64,000 nucleotides of DNA from Squalus acanthias (taxonomy: Eukaryota): contig CM059450.1 of assembly GCA_030390025.1 (NCBI GenBank), positions 16,802,001 to 16,866,000 on the forward strand, given 5' to 3'. Below are positions 37,601 to 47,080 of this stretch, in pieces. The position numbers and the translations under genes are program-made. A model generated the notes under the pieces. That model saw only the letters and a list, made by a program, of their open reading frames with translations, had not been told where the DNA came from and did not search any database. Position 1 is the stretch's first letter, and every line of letters starts with the position of its first letter.

Positions 37601-40600
37601 CTGACCTCCTGGAGTCTTCCCATTGGTTGAAGGCTACAGTGGCTTACATAAAGTAGCAATGTCGTTGCTAAGATGTCTTTCGTGGGCAGCTATGAACCAC
37701 CCTTGAAGGAAACTATCGGTGGCATCGATTCCTTTACATGCTGATCCTAGCAATAGAAAAATATTACATGTTAACAGCATTCAGTTCAAGTAATGCAGGC
37801 AAAACCCAAATTGTTACACGTATATAGGAGTCATGATGTGGAGATGCCGGCGTTGGACTGGGGTGGACAAAAATGAGAAGTCGCACAACACCAGGTTATA
37901 GTCCAACAGATTTATTTAATTTTACAAGCTTTCGGAGCTGTCGCTCCTTCCTCAGGTAGAGTAGCAGTGAGAGAATCTCCCAGAATTCACAATATAAACA
38001 CAGAAAAAATCTATTCAAATCTTTCCCTACATCAAAGACACACTAAGAGCACAGCCAAGACAATGAGATGTATATAGGAGTGCTCTGGCTTTCTGATTTA
38101 ATATACACTGGAGTGTTCTACCTCTGTTATTCTCTGTCTAAGTGATTATTTTCTTTCTTTCTTTGCAGGGTCCGGTGGCCTGGATTTTCTGGATTGGAGT
38201 TTATGTGCAGTTATTGGGCTATTATTAACAATCCTGCTCTGTGTCCTCATCTATTCCAACTACTACAGAGGCAAAGGTACCTGTGTGGCCGACTTGTGTG
38301 AAGGCGCAGACAGTATCTGCTGGGTCATTGGGAAAGGCAATGAAGCAACTGGTGCTAGCCCAGGATTCCGACAGCCAATTGTAACTCTCCTTACAGCCAA
38401 TTGTATCGTTCCCTAAAGCCAGTTGTATCGCTCCCTACAGCCAATTGTAACTCTCCCTACAGCCAATTGTAACTCTCCCTACAGCCAATTGTAACTCTCC
38501 CTACAGCCAATTGTAACTCCCTCTGCTGCCCACCAGAGATCCAATAACTCAGCCAGGGATTGAATCTGGGAACTTCCCTCTGTGACTTTAATATCTCTAT
38601 CTCTTTTATTCGATTTGAGCGGTTAGCAATTGCAGCTTCAGCACCACTAGATGTCACCTTTGCTTCTGTTTTCTGGACTATTTTGGAGCTGGGATAATAA
38701 AATCCCATTTCTCATTTTGTCTGATGCCATCTTCTTGACCCGATTTACACAAGGTCGCTGAGAAAACACACATTTTGGGGGTTTCAGTTGCTCTCTCAAA
38801 ATTGACTGGCAGCAGTGCTCCTGCTCAACTGGGTTGCTCGAGTCAGTGGGAGCTTTAGTTAGAGGTGTGACAAAGCGGGTGTCAGCTACAGCCCATCTAT
38901 TGACTGATCCCCCTCAGGTAGAAACATGCTGCAGATCATTGTGTTTCCATTGCCCGCTATAAACTGACTAGTTGCACATTTTGATATAATGGCCCAGAAA
39001 TTGATCTCGCTCTGTTCCCGCGGGGGTAAGCCTTCCCCGCGATCTCTCACTCCGCTTGTGCTTTTTCAGATCCAGCTCGCACGAACTTGATGTTCCAGAC
39101 ATCAGCTGTGCTGGGCTTGCGTATCCCAGCGGCGTAGTGAATTCGTGCGAGCTGTGGGATCACGTGACTCAGTTAGAGCCAATGGCAGCACACCATCTTC
39201 CATTCATAAGTTTCACATACGTGCTGTGAAATCTATGAATCTTACACCCCCCCAAAATAACAGCTAAACCTCAATTAAATTTAAAAAAAACCCATCACAT
39301 TAATAAAATAAGTATAGTTAAATAAATTAACCATTTTAAATAAAAAATTAAATTTTTGAAAAAATTTAAAATCTTTTAAAAAGTTATAAAAATAAACTTA
39401 CCTGTCTTTAAAGTCTCTAAAAAAGATATACCTGTTAAAAAAAATTCAAAAAAATACTTAATTCACTACTTACCTTGTTAAAAGTGGGTCTTACTCCTCC
39501 TTTTTCCATTTCTAAAATCTTCCGTCCTTACCTGCGCGTCCAAAGCACGAAGTGCACAGCGTGCGCGCAGCCTGTAGCGCGCACGCGATGCACCGAGGAA
39601 CCGCCCCCTTTTCGAAAGACCAAGTGCCGGTTTTCAGCGCATGCGCAGTGCATGCAGAAAACCGGCAATTGGAGAGAGAATACGCGAGGGTACACAGTGC
39701 GTACTCTCGCGCAGCGGGATGCATTTTTGGCCCATTGTGTTTCCATTGCCCGCTATAAACTGACTAGTTGCATCTTTTGATATAATGAGAGGTTGTGTAG
39801 AATGGGCCTACACTCTCTGCAGTTTAGAAGAATGAGAGGTGATCTTATTGAAACATACAAAATTCTGAGGGGAATTGACAGGGTAGATGCTGAGAGGTTG
39901 TTTCTCCTGGCTGGAGAGTCTAGAACTAGGGGGCATAGTCTCAGGATAAGGGGTCGGCCATTTAAGACTGAGATGAGGAGGAATTTCTTCACTCAGAGGG
40001 TTGTGAATCTTTGGAATTCTCTGCCCCAGAGGGCTGTGAATGCTGAGTCTTTGAGTATATTCAAGGCTGAGATCGATAGATTTTTGGACTCTAGGGGAAT
40101 CAAGGGATATGGAGATCGGGCGAGAAAGTGGAGTTGAGGTCGATGATCAGCCATGGTCTTATTGAATGGCGGAGCAGGCTCGAGGGGCCGTATGGCCGAC
40201 TCCTGCTCCTATTTCTTATGTTCTTATATCTTCACAGTTATGAAAAACTCGCCAACAAATTGTCAGACTGCAGCCCCGCGATTGACTGAAGCTGGCCCCA
40301 GGGTAAGCATGTCTGGAATTCCCTCCCGAAACCTCTCAGCTCTCGACCACTTTCTCCTCCTTTAAGATGCTCATTAAAATCTACCTCTTGGCTGTAAGTC
40401 AACGTGTTGTGGCCCAGTCAATAAAAGCACGTGTTGTGGCCCAGTCAATAAAAGCACGTGTTGCGGCCCAGTCAATAAAAGCACGTGTTGTGGCCCAGTC
40501 AATAAAAGCACGCGGTGCGGCCCAGTCCAGGCCCAGTGCAGGTTAGTTTGACCTGTGCCATCCTGATTGGCTTTCTAAAAGTTACAACAGTGACTACACT

Positions 40601-43600
40601 TCAAAAAAATACTTCATTGGCTGTAAAGCATTTTGGGACGTCCTGAGGTCGTGAAAGGCGCTCTAGAAAATGCATGTCATTCTTTCTTTCTTTTATGAGA
40701 ATATCTGCACAAGCAACCCCCTGAGGTTTACTTTTCAATGCGGTCTTTAACGTTCTTTCTTTCCTCAGAAGCAACAGTTACCACAGGACCAGCAGTTGCT
40801 ACAGGACCAGCGGTTGCCACGGGAGCAGCGGTTGCCACGGGAGCAGCGGCTCCAAAGAGAGGAGCAGTTGCCGTGGGAGCAGCGGTTGCCACGGGAGCAG
40901 CGGTTGCCACGGGAGCAGCGGGTGCCCAGAGAGAAACAGCCGCCAAGAGATGCGGGTTTGCCGCCACAGCAGCGGTTGCCACGGCAGGAGCGGTCGCCAT
41001 GGACGCAGCGATTGCCACAGGAAGCGCAGGTGCATTATTCGACCTTAGATCTGGTAGCGATGGACAAAAAGAAAAAGAAAGGGCGAGCTTAAACATCTGC
41101 AACGAGGGCTTGAGTTCAATGCTGTGTCTGTAACTTGCTTTAGTCCGTGTTGGCGATCCATTGTGCATTGATTTGACTGATGTTTGAACATTTTAAAACT
41201 AAATATTTCTCGTTCCCCCATCTCCACTTCTTCCCCTCTGTTGATTCCCACAATGCGTGGCTTCACTCACCAGGCAAAATGGCCGGCAAGAGTCCTGCTC
41301 CCAGGCCCGTGTTACTGCTGCTCTGTAATTTATATCATGTCTTTGATGCAGAGAAACATCCCAAGGCCCCTGTGTGAGGAAAATGGACACTGAAGCAAAG
41401 AAGGAGCGATTAGGAGGGACGACCATCGTCCCTCAAGTAAGATATTGAAAGTTCTCCAAGGAGAAAGATCAACTTAATTTTAATTGTAATCCGCTGAAGG
41501 ATCTTTTTTTGCTGGAACAATGCAGATTATGGGGCGATATAATAACCTGTTTAAAGTTATGAAAGGATGGGACAGGGTAGAAAGAAGCAGACTGCTTGCT
41601 GTAGTCGAGGGGTCTAGAACGAGGGGCCATCGATACAAGATTAAATGTACGCTGGCAACACCCAGCTCTACCTCACTACCTCTTCTCTCAACCCCTCCAC
41701 GGTGTCTAAATTGTCAGACTGCTTGTCTGACATACAGTTCTGGATGAGCAAAAATGTTCTCCAATTAAATATTGGGAAGAGCGAAGCCATTGTTTTCGGT
41801 CCCCGCCACAAACGCCGTTCCCTAGCCACTGACTCTATCCCTCTCCCTAACATCTGTCTGAGGCTGAACCACACTGTTCGCAACCATGGTATCATATTTG
41901 ACCCTGAAATGAGCTTCCGACCACATATCCGCAGCATAACAAAGACCGCCTACTTCCACCTCCGTAATATCGCACGCCTCCGCCCTTGCCTCACCTCATC
42001 TGCTGCTGAAACCCTCATCCATGCCTTTGTTACCTCTAGACTTTCCAATGCACTCCTGGCTGACCTCCCACATTTCACCCTACATAAACTTGAGATCATC
42101 CAAAACTCGGCTGCCCATGTCCTAACTCGCACCAAGCCTCGTTCTCCCATCTCCCCTGTGCTCACTGACCTACATTGGCTCCTGGTTAGCGCCTCGATTT
42201 CAAAATTCTCAAGCTTGATTTCAAATCCCTCCATGGCCTCGCCCCATTCCTATCTCTGTAATCTCCTTCAGCCCCACAACCCCCTGGAGATATCTGCGCT
42301 CCTCTAATTCTGCCCTTGAGCTTCCCTGATTATAATCGCTCAACCTTTGGTGGCCGTGCCTTCTGTTGCCTAGGCCCTAAGCTCTGGAATTCCCTGCCTA
42401 AACCTCTCAGCCTCTCTACCTCTCTTTCCTCTTTTAAGACGCTCCTTAAAATCTACCTCTTTGACCAAGCTTTTGGTCACCTGCCCTAATTTATCCTTAT
42501 GTGGCTCGGTGTCAAATTTTTTTGTCTTAAAATACTCCTGTGCAGTGCCTTGGGACGTTTTACTACGTTAAAGGCGCTATATAAATACAAGTTGTTGTTG
42601 TTGTAAACATAAGAGATGGAGAACAGAGCAAGAGGACCTTCTTCGAACAGAGAGCTCGGAATTCACTTCCAGGGTTAGTGATTGAGGCAGAAACTACATC
42701 AACATTCCAGATTTGATTGGAGAGCTGGATGAAGGGATGGGGAACAGGGCGGGAAAATGTGATCAGAATTATCTGCTCACGTTGAGGGTAAGCACCAACA
42801 TGGATTGGCTGGGCTAAACGGTCTGTTTCCTGTTGAAACTTCTATTTCTATGAATGTTAAAAGTTAAGGTTAAAAGAACGTCTAAAAGTTACACTTGAAT
42901 AATACCTTCTGGAATGGAATGGAGCGAACGGCCGAGGAATAAAGGATAAAAGAACTTCCTCTGTTAGCCGACTGACATGAATCTTGTCATTCATGTGGAA
43001 ATGACTTATGAAGTAATACTGGGCGGCCTGCTGGTGGCGCTGTCCAGGGAGAGTATAAATACTCGGGCACGGGCCCAGCTTGCGAGGACATTCTTTAACA
43101 GGAACTAGTGAAGGACACAACTAGATCTCCATGTTGAAAAACAGTTGATTAAAGCTTTGTTTAACACTTAGACCAAGTGCCTAGTAGTTTTCTTACGTCA
43201 CTGACTACATGAAATTCTGGCCTCTTGAGCGTCCCCGATTTCAATCGCTCCACCATTGGCGGCCCTGCCTTAAGCTGCCTGGGCCCTAAGCTCTGGAATT
43301 CCCTCCCTAAACCTCTCCGCCTCGCTACCTCTCTCTCCTCCTCTAGGACGCTCCTCTTTGACAAAGCATCTGTCCTCCGATCTCCTGATGTGGCTCGTTG
43401 CCAAATTTTGTTTGATAATCGCTCCTGTGAGACGCCTTGGGACGTTTTACTATGTTAAAGGCGCTATATAAATGCAAGTTGTTGAAGTTGTTGATCCCAG
43501 TGGGAGGGTTTTGCGTGGACTTACAGATGGTGCTTTCCTTACACGAGATTGTAAAATAAATGTGAATTTTATAAGGAAACATTGTTAAAAAAGTATGTGA

Positions 43601-46600
43601 TGCGGGCAAACAGGAAGCTGAGCCAGAGTGCGGACTCTTTGCCAATAAACTACAGACATATCCTCGTGACATTTGCCCTATCATCGGATCTAAAAGATCA
43701 TGTGGGGATTAACGGTTCTTTTTTATTACATGGGATTCTGGGATTTTTACCCATGCCTTAAAGATCACAGTCTCTAATTCCATCCTTTTCTAAAAAAAAG
43801 AAAGACTTGCATTTCTATAGCGCCTTTCACAACCTCAGGATGTCCCAAAGCGCTTTACACCCAATGAAGTACTTTTCAAGTGTCGTCGCTGTTGTAATGT
43901 AGGAAACGCGGCAGCCAATTTGCGCACAGCAAGCTCCCACAAACAGCAATGTGATAACGACCAGATAATCTGTTATAGTGATGTTGATTGAGGGATAAAT
44001 ATTGGCCAGGACACTGGGGAGAACTCCCCTGCTCTTCTTCGAAATAGTGCCATGGGATCTTTTATGTCCACCTGAGAGAGCAGACGGGGCCTCGGTTTAA
44101 CGTCTCATCCAAAAGATGGCACCTCTGACGCTGCAGCACTCCCTCAGTACTGCACTGGAGCGTCAGCCTGGATTATGTGCTCAAGTCTCTGGAGTGGGAC
44201 TATGAACCCACAACCTTCTAACTCAGAGGCGAGAGTGCTGCCCACTGAGCCATGGCTGACACTGTCCATGAAAATGGCCAACCAGCGTCCTTGTCATGTG
44301 ATTTAGTGTTGCACCTTTTACCTCACATTTATTACTGATAGAAGAGAATTAGGATCTAAACTGTGACTGACGTATGCACTGCCAAGGGTTACTAGAACAA
44401 CGGGCAAAGTTAATACAACTGAGGTCTGAGCTGGAGCAGTTAATCCTTTGTAGATATGAATATAATATAGATATCCAAATGCATTTCTTTTTTGTAAATC
44501 ATACCTTGGATCTTAAAGGTATTCTGGACAATGTACGCAACACTGTGAGAAATCAGTTACCAAATTGAATATTCACTCATGTTAGAGATAAAATGAAAGT
44601 TTCTGCACTCAGTAATGGTCACCGTCGTTGTGATGGGAGAATGCCACACCAGCACTGGGCCTCGCTGATTGTGAAATGATCTCCGAAGGTTGCTTTTATC
44701 CCTCAGTTAGTGATGGTGTTGTAGAACGTTTGTGACACACATACTTGTGAGATAGTTCTTCAAACTAAAATCAAGCCAAGAGTGAACATGATCTGCTAAA
44801 ACAAAATGGATAGAGTTTTACCCTGAAAAATGCCATTGTAATTTTAGGTTTACACCTAACCTCCTGCCCTCAGTGATCATAGGCAGCTGTGGCTTGTTTG
44901 TATGGGGACGAGGGGGGAAGCAGATGTAATCTCCTGCGGGTTCGGTTTTCTCCCAACTTATGCTCCTAATGATATTACTGCCCTTTTAAGTTATGCTTAC
45001 AGCAGAGAAGTGGATTCTATAAACTGCCCGAGTCTCCTATGAACCGACACTTGCATCCTATTGTGCGATGTGAACGGGATCACATGCCAAGTGAGCACAG
45101 ATCGACCCTTAACCGTAGCGCACCAGAAGCCACATGGGACGACCACCACGTTCCCCTATTAATTCTAAATACCAGAACGCCAGGTCAGTGCTTAAAGCTA
45201 AAACTGCTATTCCGATTTATTTGCAAGCAAGATTATAGTCAGAAACAGAATGACAGGAGAAGAAGCTGATGGTACAGAGAGTTAGAAAATGCTCACGATA
45301 GGATCAGTCCACATGGGGCTAAACAAATCGTCTTCAAAGTGGATCTCTTACACAATATGATCATCGGCAAGACTTTTGGAGGAAGCAATCGTTTGTAGAC
45401 TCCCTGATGCAATATTGGGGGTAATTTTAACTCTGAAAAATGGGTGGTTTGGGTCGGGTAGGAAGTTAAAATTTGAAACTGGAAACCAACCTGCATCAAA
45501 CCCATCCGTTCTGGTTTTAACGGTGGCGGGACGAGCGGTGAGCGACCAATCTGCTCTCGGGAGGCGGGTCAGTCGTTGTAACCTTTTAAGGAGGCTGCAT
45601 GCCTCCATTTTAACAGGGTTTCTATTTTTAATCCATGTTGGATCCATAAGGTAAGTGCATTTACAGCACTGTTTGTGGGCCAAGAGGAGCAGGAGTGTTT
45701 CCTCCAAGTCCAACAAGCTAACTTGTAAACACCCCTCCCACCTCCACGATCTCCATCCGACCGCCCCCCCCCCGCCATCACTGACCCTCATCACCGACAA
45801 CCCCATCACCAATGTCCATCTCTCCCCCACCATCTCTGACTCTCCTACAAACCCCCATCACTGATCCCCCATCACTGACGCCCCCCCATCACTGACCTCC
45901 ATCTCTCCCTTGATCTTCGACCCCCCCCCTCCAATATCTCTCAGATCCTCCACAATCTTCAACCCCTGCGATCAACCCCCTCCCCCTTGCAATCTGTACC
46001 CCCAACAACCAGTAAACCTACCTGATCCTGGGCTACAGCCTTTTCGGGGGCGTTCCCTGCCCGACAGGCAGCCAATCCTGTCAATCGGGCTGGTTTCCGG
46101 GTGGAGAAACTGCTTAAAAAAAACTCCATGGCGTTCGACAATAACTCCGCCCCAGTGAATATCGGGGCCAATGTTTGTATGCGGCTGAAACGTTATTCCT
46201 TGTTGTCACAAGCCCAACTCAACTGAAACGTAACTAAAGTTGAGAGCTCGGACAGTGTCTTTATGCTAAAATAAATATTTCACGTCACAGCTCTTAATGT
46301 TGAGAAATTACCTTCTTCTAAGGCATACCTCCCAAACCCACCACCTCTACCACCTCGAAGGACAAGGGCAGCCGGCGCACGGGAACACCACCACCTCCAA
46401 GTTCACCTCCAAGTCACACACCATCCTGACTTGGAAGTATATCGGCCGATCCTACATCGTCGCTGGGTCAAAATCCTGGAACTCCCTCCCTAACAGCACT
46501 GTGGGAGTACCTTCACTACACGGACTGCAGCGGTTCAAGAAGGCGGCTCACCGCCACCTTCTCGAGGGCAACTGGGGATGGGCAATAAATGCTGGCCTAG

Positions 46601-47080
46601 CCAGCGACGCCCACATCCCAGGAACGAATAAAAAAATAGTTCCTGATAGGTCAACCATTCGAGATAATAGATTTTGTCTGTGGACCTGTATGTAGCAGCA
46701 TTCCAAAAAAGGATTACTCAGTTACCAAGCAACCTGTGACCTAATTATTTTATTGGAACAGAACAAATAAGGCCAGACCGTCCACTTCCTACTGAAAGTG
46801 TAGCTGTATCAGGCAAGCTTTGTGCATTGACCACTAAGTTAATTCAGGTGGGAATGGTGGACACCAAGCAGGGAGTAGTCGAGAAGTTAGCACTGGTGAC
46901 AAAACGCGCGTTCGAAGAGATAACTGTGCACACGCTCCACTGGCACACGCGTCCTCATACGACCCTGTGGAACCCAACCCAGTAGACGCCTCAATAAAGT
47001 CAATGCAAACTAAGCTCGGAGAGATGTATAATGGGCGGCCGATTCCACATCGCCCGCTTTTCACGATTGCCAAAAGTTAA
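19633..47080 (+). CDS. Non-rearranging antigen-receptor-like IgSF type I membrane protein (L-VJ-C1-TM-long cytoplasmic tail), 8 coding exons, 493 aa: join(19633-19675,20699-21037,34493-34744,38169-38276,40238-40302,40769-41029,45003-45183,46848-47080)
   Basis: All introns GT-AG; intron phases 1,1,1,1,0,0,1 chain into one open frame of 1482 nt; domain order typical of IgSF receptors. Confidence 0.75.
19790..20358. repeat. 23-bp minisatellite (CATCCATTGGATCCCAATCTCTA)n in intron 1
   Basis: More than 20 direct tandem units. Confidence 0.95.
20699..21037 (+). CDS. Exon 2: germline-joined V+J Ig domain
   Basis: Acceptor ACAG|AT; GDSVTLGS...LYWFMQHPGQAP...RFS...LEIANVTVSDAGIYYCAVRMRGEMKFGTGAVLTVI; donor G|GTAAGG; 339 nt, phase 1-1. 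Confidence 0.93.
21392..22410 (-). mobile_element. CR1 LINE 3' fragment with internal ~123-bp duplication flanking a SEPTIN3 insert
   Basis: [19 protein letters not shown]...RRLRGDLIE; 21959-22081 duplicated at 22249-22372. Confidence 0.88.
22082..22253 (-). pseudogene. SEPTIN3: Captured SEPTIN3 genomic fragment (N-terminal coding exon part + splice donor + ~33 bp intron)
   Basis: RPKPAVPMKPSVMGSQLLGYVGIDTIIEQMRWKTMKTGFDFNIMVVG matches the septin-3 N-terminus as I recall it; followed by G|GTGAGA donor at 22115/22114. Confidence 0.88.
23020..23539. mobile_element. Non-autonomous PLE derivative: ~215-bp inverted pLTRs, each with a hammerhead motif (23064-23105 -, 23415-23456 +), inserted in a SINE
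   Basis: Near-perfect inverted repeat with ~50-bp spacer; 13-bp TSD CTTCAAAATAGTG (23007-23019 / 23540-23552). Confidence 0.85.
24417..25142. mobile_element. Harbinger-type MITE
   Basis: TIR GGGCCAGATTT...AAATCTGGCCC. Confidence 0.75.
27166..27712 (-). mobile_element. CR1 (HER1-like) LINE 3' fragment
   Basis: EAVQRRFTRLIP...RRNFFSQRVVNLWNSLP; reverse tail AACATAAGAACATAAGAAATAGG. Confidence 0.9.
27936..31500. mobile_element. Cluster of nested CR1 LINE fragments (27936-28325 -, 28326-29695 +, 29696-29910 -, 29955-30722 +, 30725-31500 - ORF1)
   Basis: Repeated RT C-terminal motifs, ATTCTATG tails, esterase DGLHLN on minus strand. Confidence 0.8.
31717..32120 (+). mobile_element. tRNA-headed SINE with LINE-derived tail (family also at 35066-35470 +, 51075-51468 -, 17905-18445 -)
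   Basis: Head GGTAGCACAGTGGTTATATTACTGGGCTAGTAATCCAG; tail GGGATGGGCAATAAATGCTGG shared with LINE ends at 46310-46636 and 55562-55886. Confidence 0.7.
32920..33720 (+). mobile_element. Decayed RTE (BovB-like) LINE 3' fragment
   Basis: LRVYRAAVLTTLLYAGET..TY and AQLRWSGHVV motifs across frameshifts. Confidence 0.7.
34493..34744 (+). CDS. Exon 3: short C1-like Ig constant domain
   Basis: Acceptor TTTCAG|GA; SNCVVTGFVGNDVQFMW...SFSIKCNITL...ICQC; donor A|GTAAGT; 252 nt, phase 1-1. Confidence 0.85.
37832..38069 (-). mobile_element. PLE pLTR fragment with hammerhead motif (37923-37958 -)
   Basis: 12-bp TSD GTATATAGGAGT (37820-37831 / 38070-38081); same family as the 53294 element. Confidence 0.8.
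38169..38276 (+). CDS. Exon 4: transmembrane exon (SLCAVIGLLLTILLCVLIY-SNYYRGK)
   Basis: Strong polypyrimidine acceptor TTCTTTCTTTGCAG|; ~19 hydrophobic residues followed by basic stop-transfer; donor G|GTACCT, phase 1-1. Confidence 0.88.
38371..38520. repeat. 22-bp tandem repeat (ACAGCCAATTGTAACTCTCCCT)~7
   Basis: Direct tandem units just after the TM exon. Confidence 0.9.
38991..39732. mobile_element. MITE-like element flanked by a ~55-bp direct duplication
   Basis: Ends GGCCCAGAAATTG / CATTTTTGGCC; 38937-38991 repeated at 39733-39787. Confidence 0.6.
39788..40226 (+). mobile_element. CR1 LINE 3' fragment ending at the exon 5 acceptor
   Basis: RRMRGDLIETYKIL...; tail CCTATTTCTTATGTTCTTAT. 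Confidence 0.9.
40238..40302 (+). CDS. Exon 5: cytoplasmic (VMKNSPTNCQTAAPRLTEAGPR)
   Basis: Acceptor CTTCACAG|, donor AGG|GTAAGC; phase 1-0, which links the TM exon to exons 6-7 in frame. Confidence 0.7.
40402..40530. repeat. 27-bp tandem repeat x4-5 containing AATAAA
   Basis: Unit ACGTGTTGTGGCCCAGTCAATAAAAGC. Confidence 0.92.
40769..41029 (+). CDS. Exon 6: cytoplasmic 18-bp repeat exon, (Q/R)LPREQ repeats
   Basis: Acceptor TTCTTTCTTTCCTCAG|, donor CAG|GTGCAT; 261 nt; unit GCAGCGGTTGCCACGGGA. Confidence 0.7.
41645..42603 (+). mobile_element. L2 LINE 3' fragment inserted in an older CR1 fragment
   Basis: LQLNIGKSE...FHLRNIARLRP...LIHAFVTSRL...LHWL; tail AAAGGCGCTATATAAATACAAGTTGTTGTTG. Confidence 0.88.
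43795..44262 (-). mobile_element. DeuSINE-type SINE, full length
   Basis: Reverse complement of the 18451 family, head to tail. Confidence 0.8.
45003..45183 (+). CDS. Exon 7: cytoplasmic (QRSGFYKLPESPMNRH...RTP)
   Basis: Acceptor TTACAG|CAG (NAGNAG), donor G|GTCAGT, phase 0-1, open frame in non-repetitive sequence. Confidence 0.65.
46848..47080 (+). CDS. Exon 8: cytoplasmic C-terminus (...ASSYDPVEP...EMYNGRPIPHRPLFTIAKS*)
   Basis: Acceptor TTCAG|; the phase-1 frame runs longest (77 aa) and matches the exon 7 donor phase; CpG-rich coding-like sequence. Confidence 0.65.

Noticed and set aside
44707-44735. Alternative terminal exon (CCTCAG|TTAGTGATGG...TGA)
   Set aside because: Only an acceptor-like motif and 9 codons; too little support compared with the exon 7-8 chain
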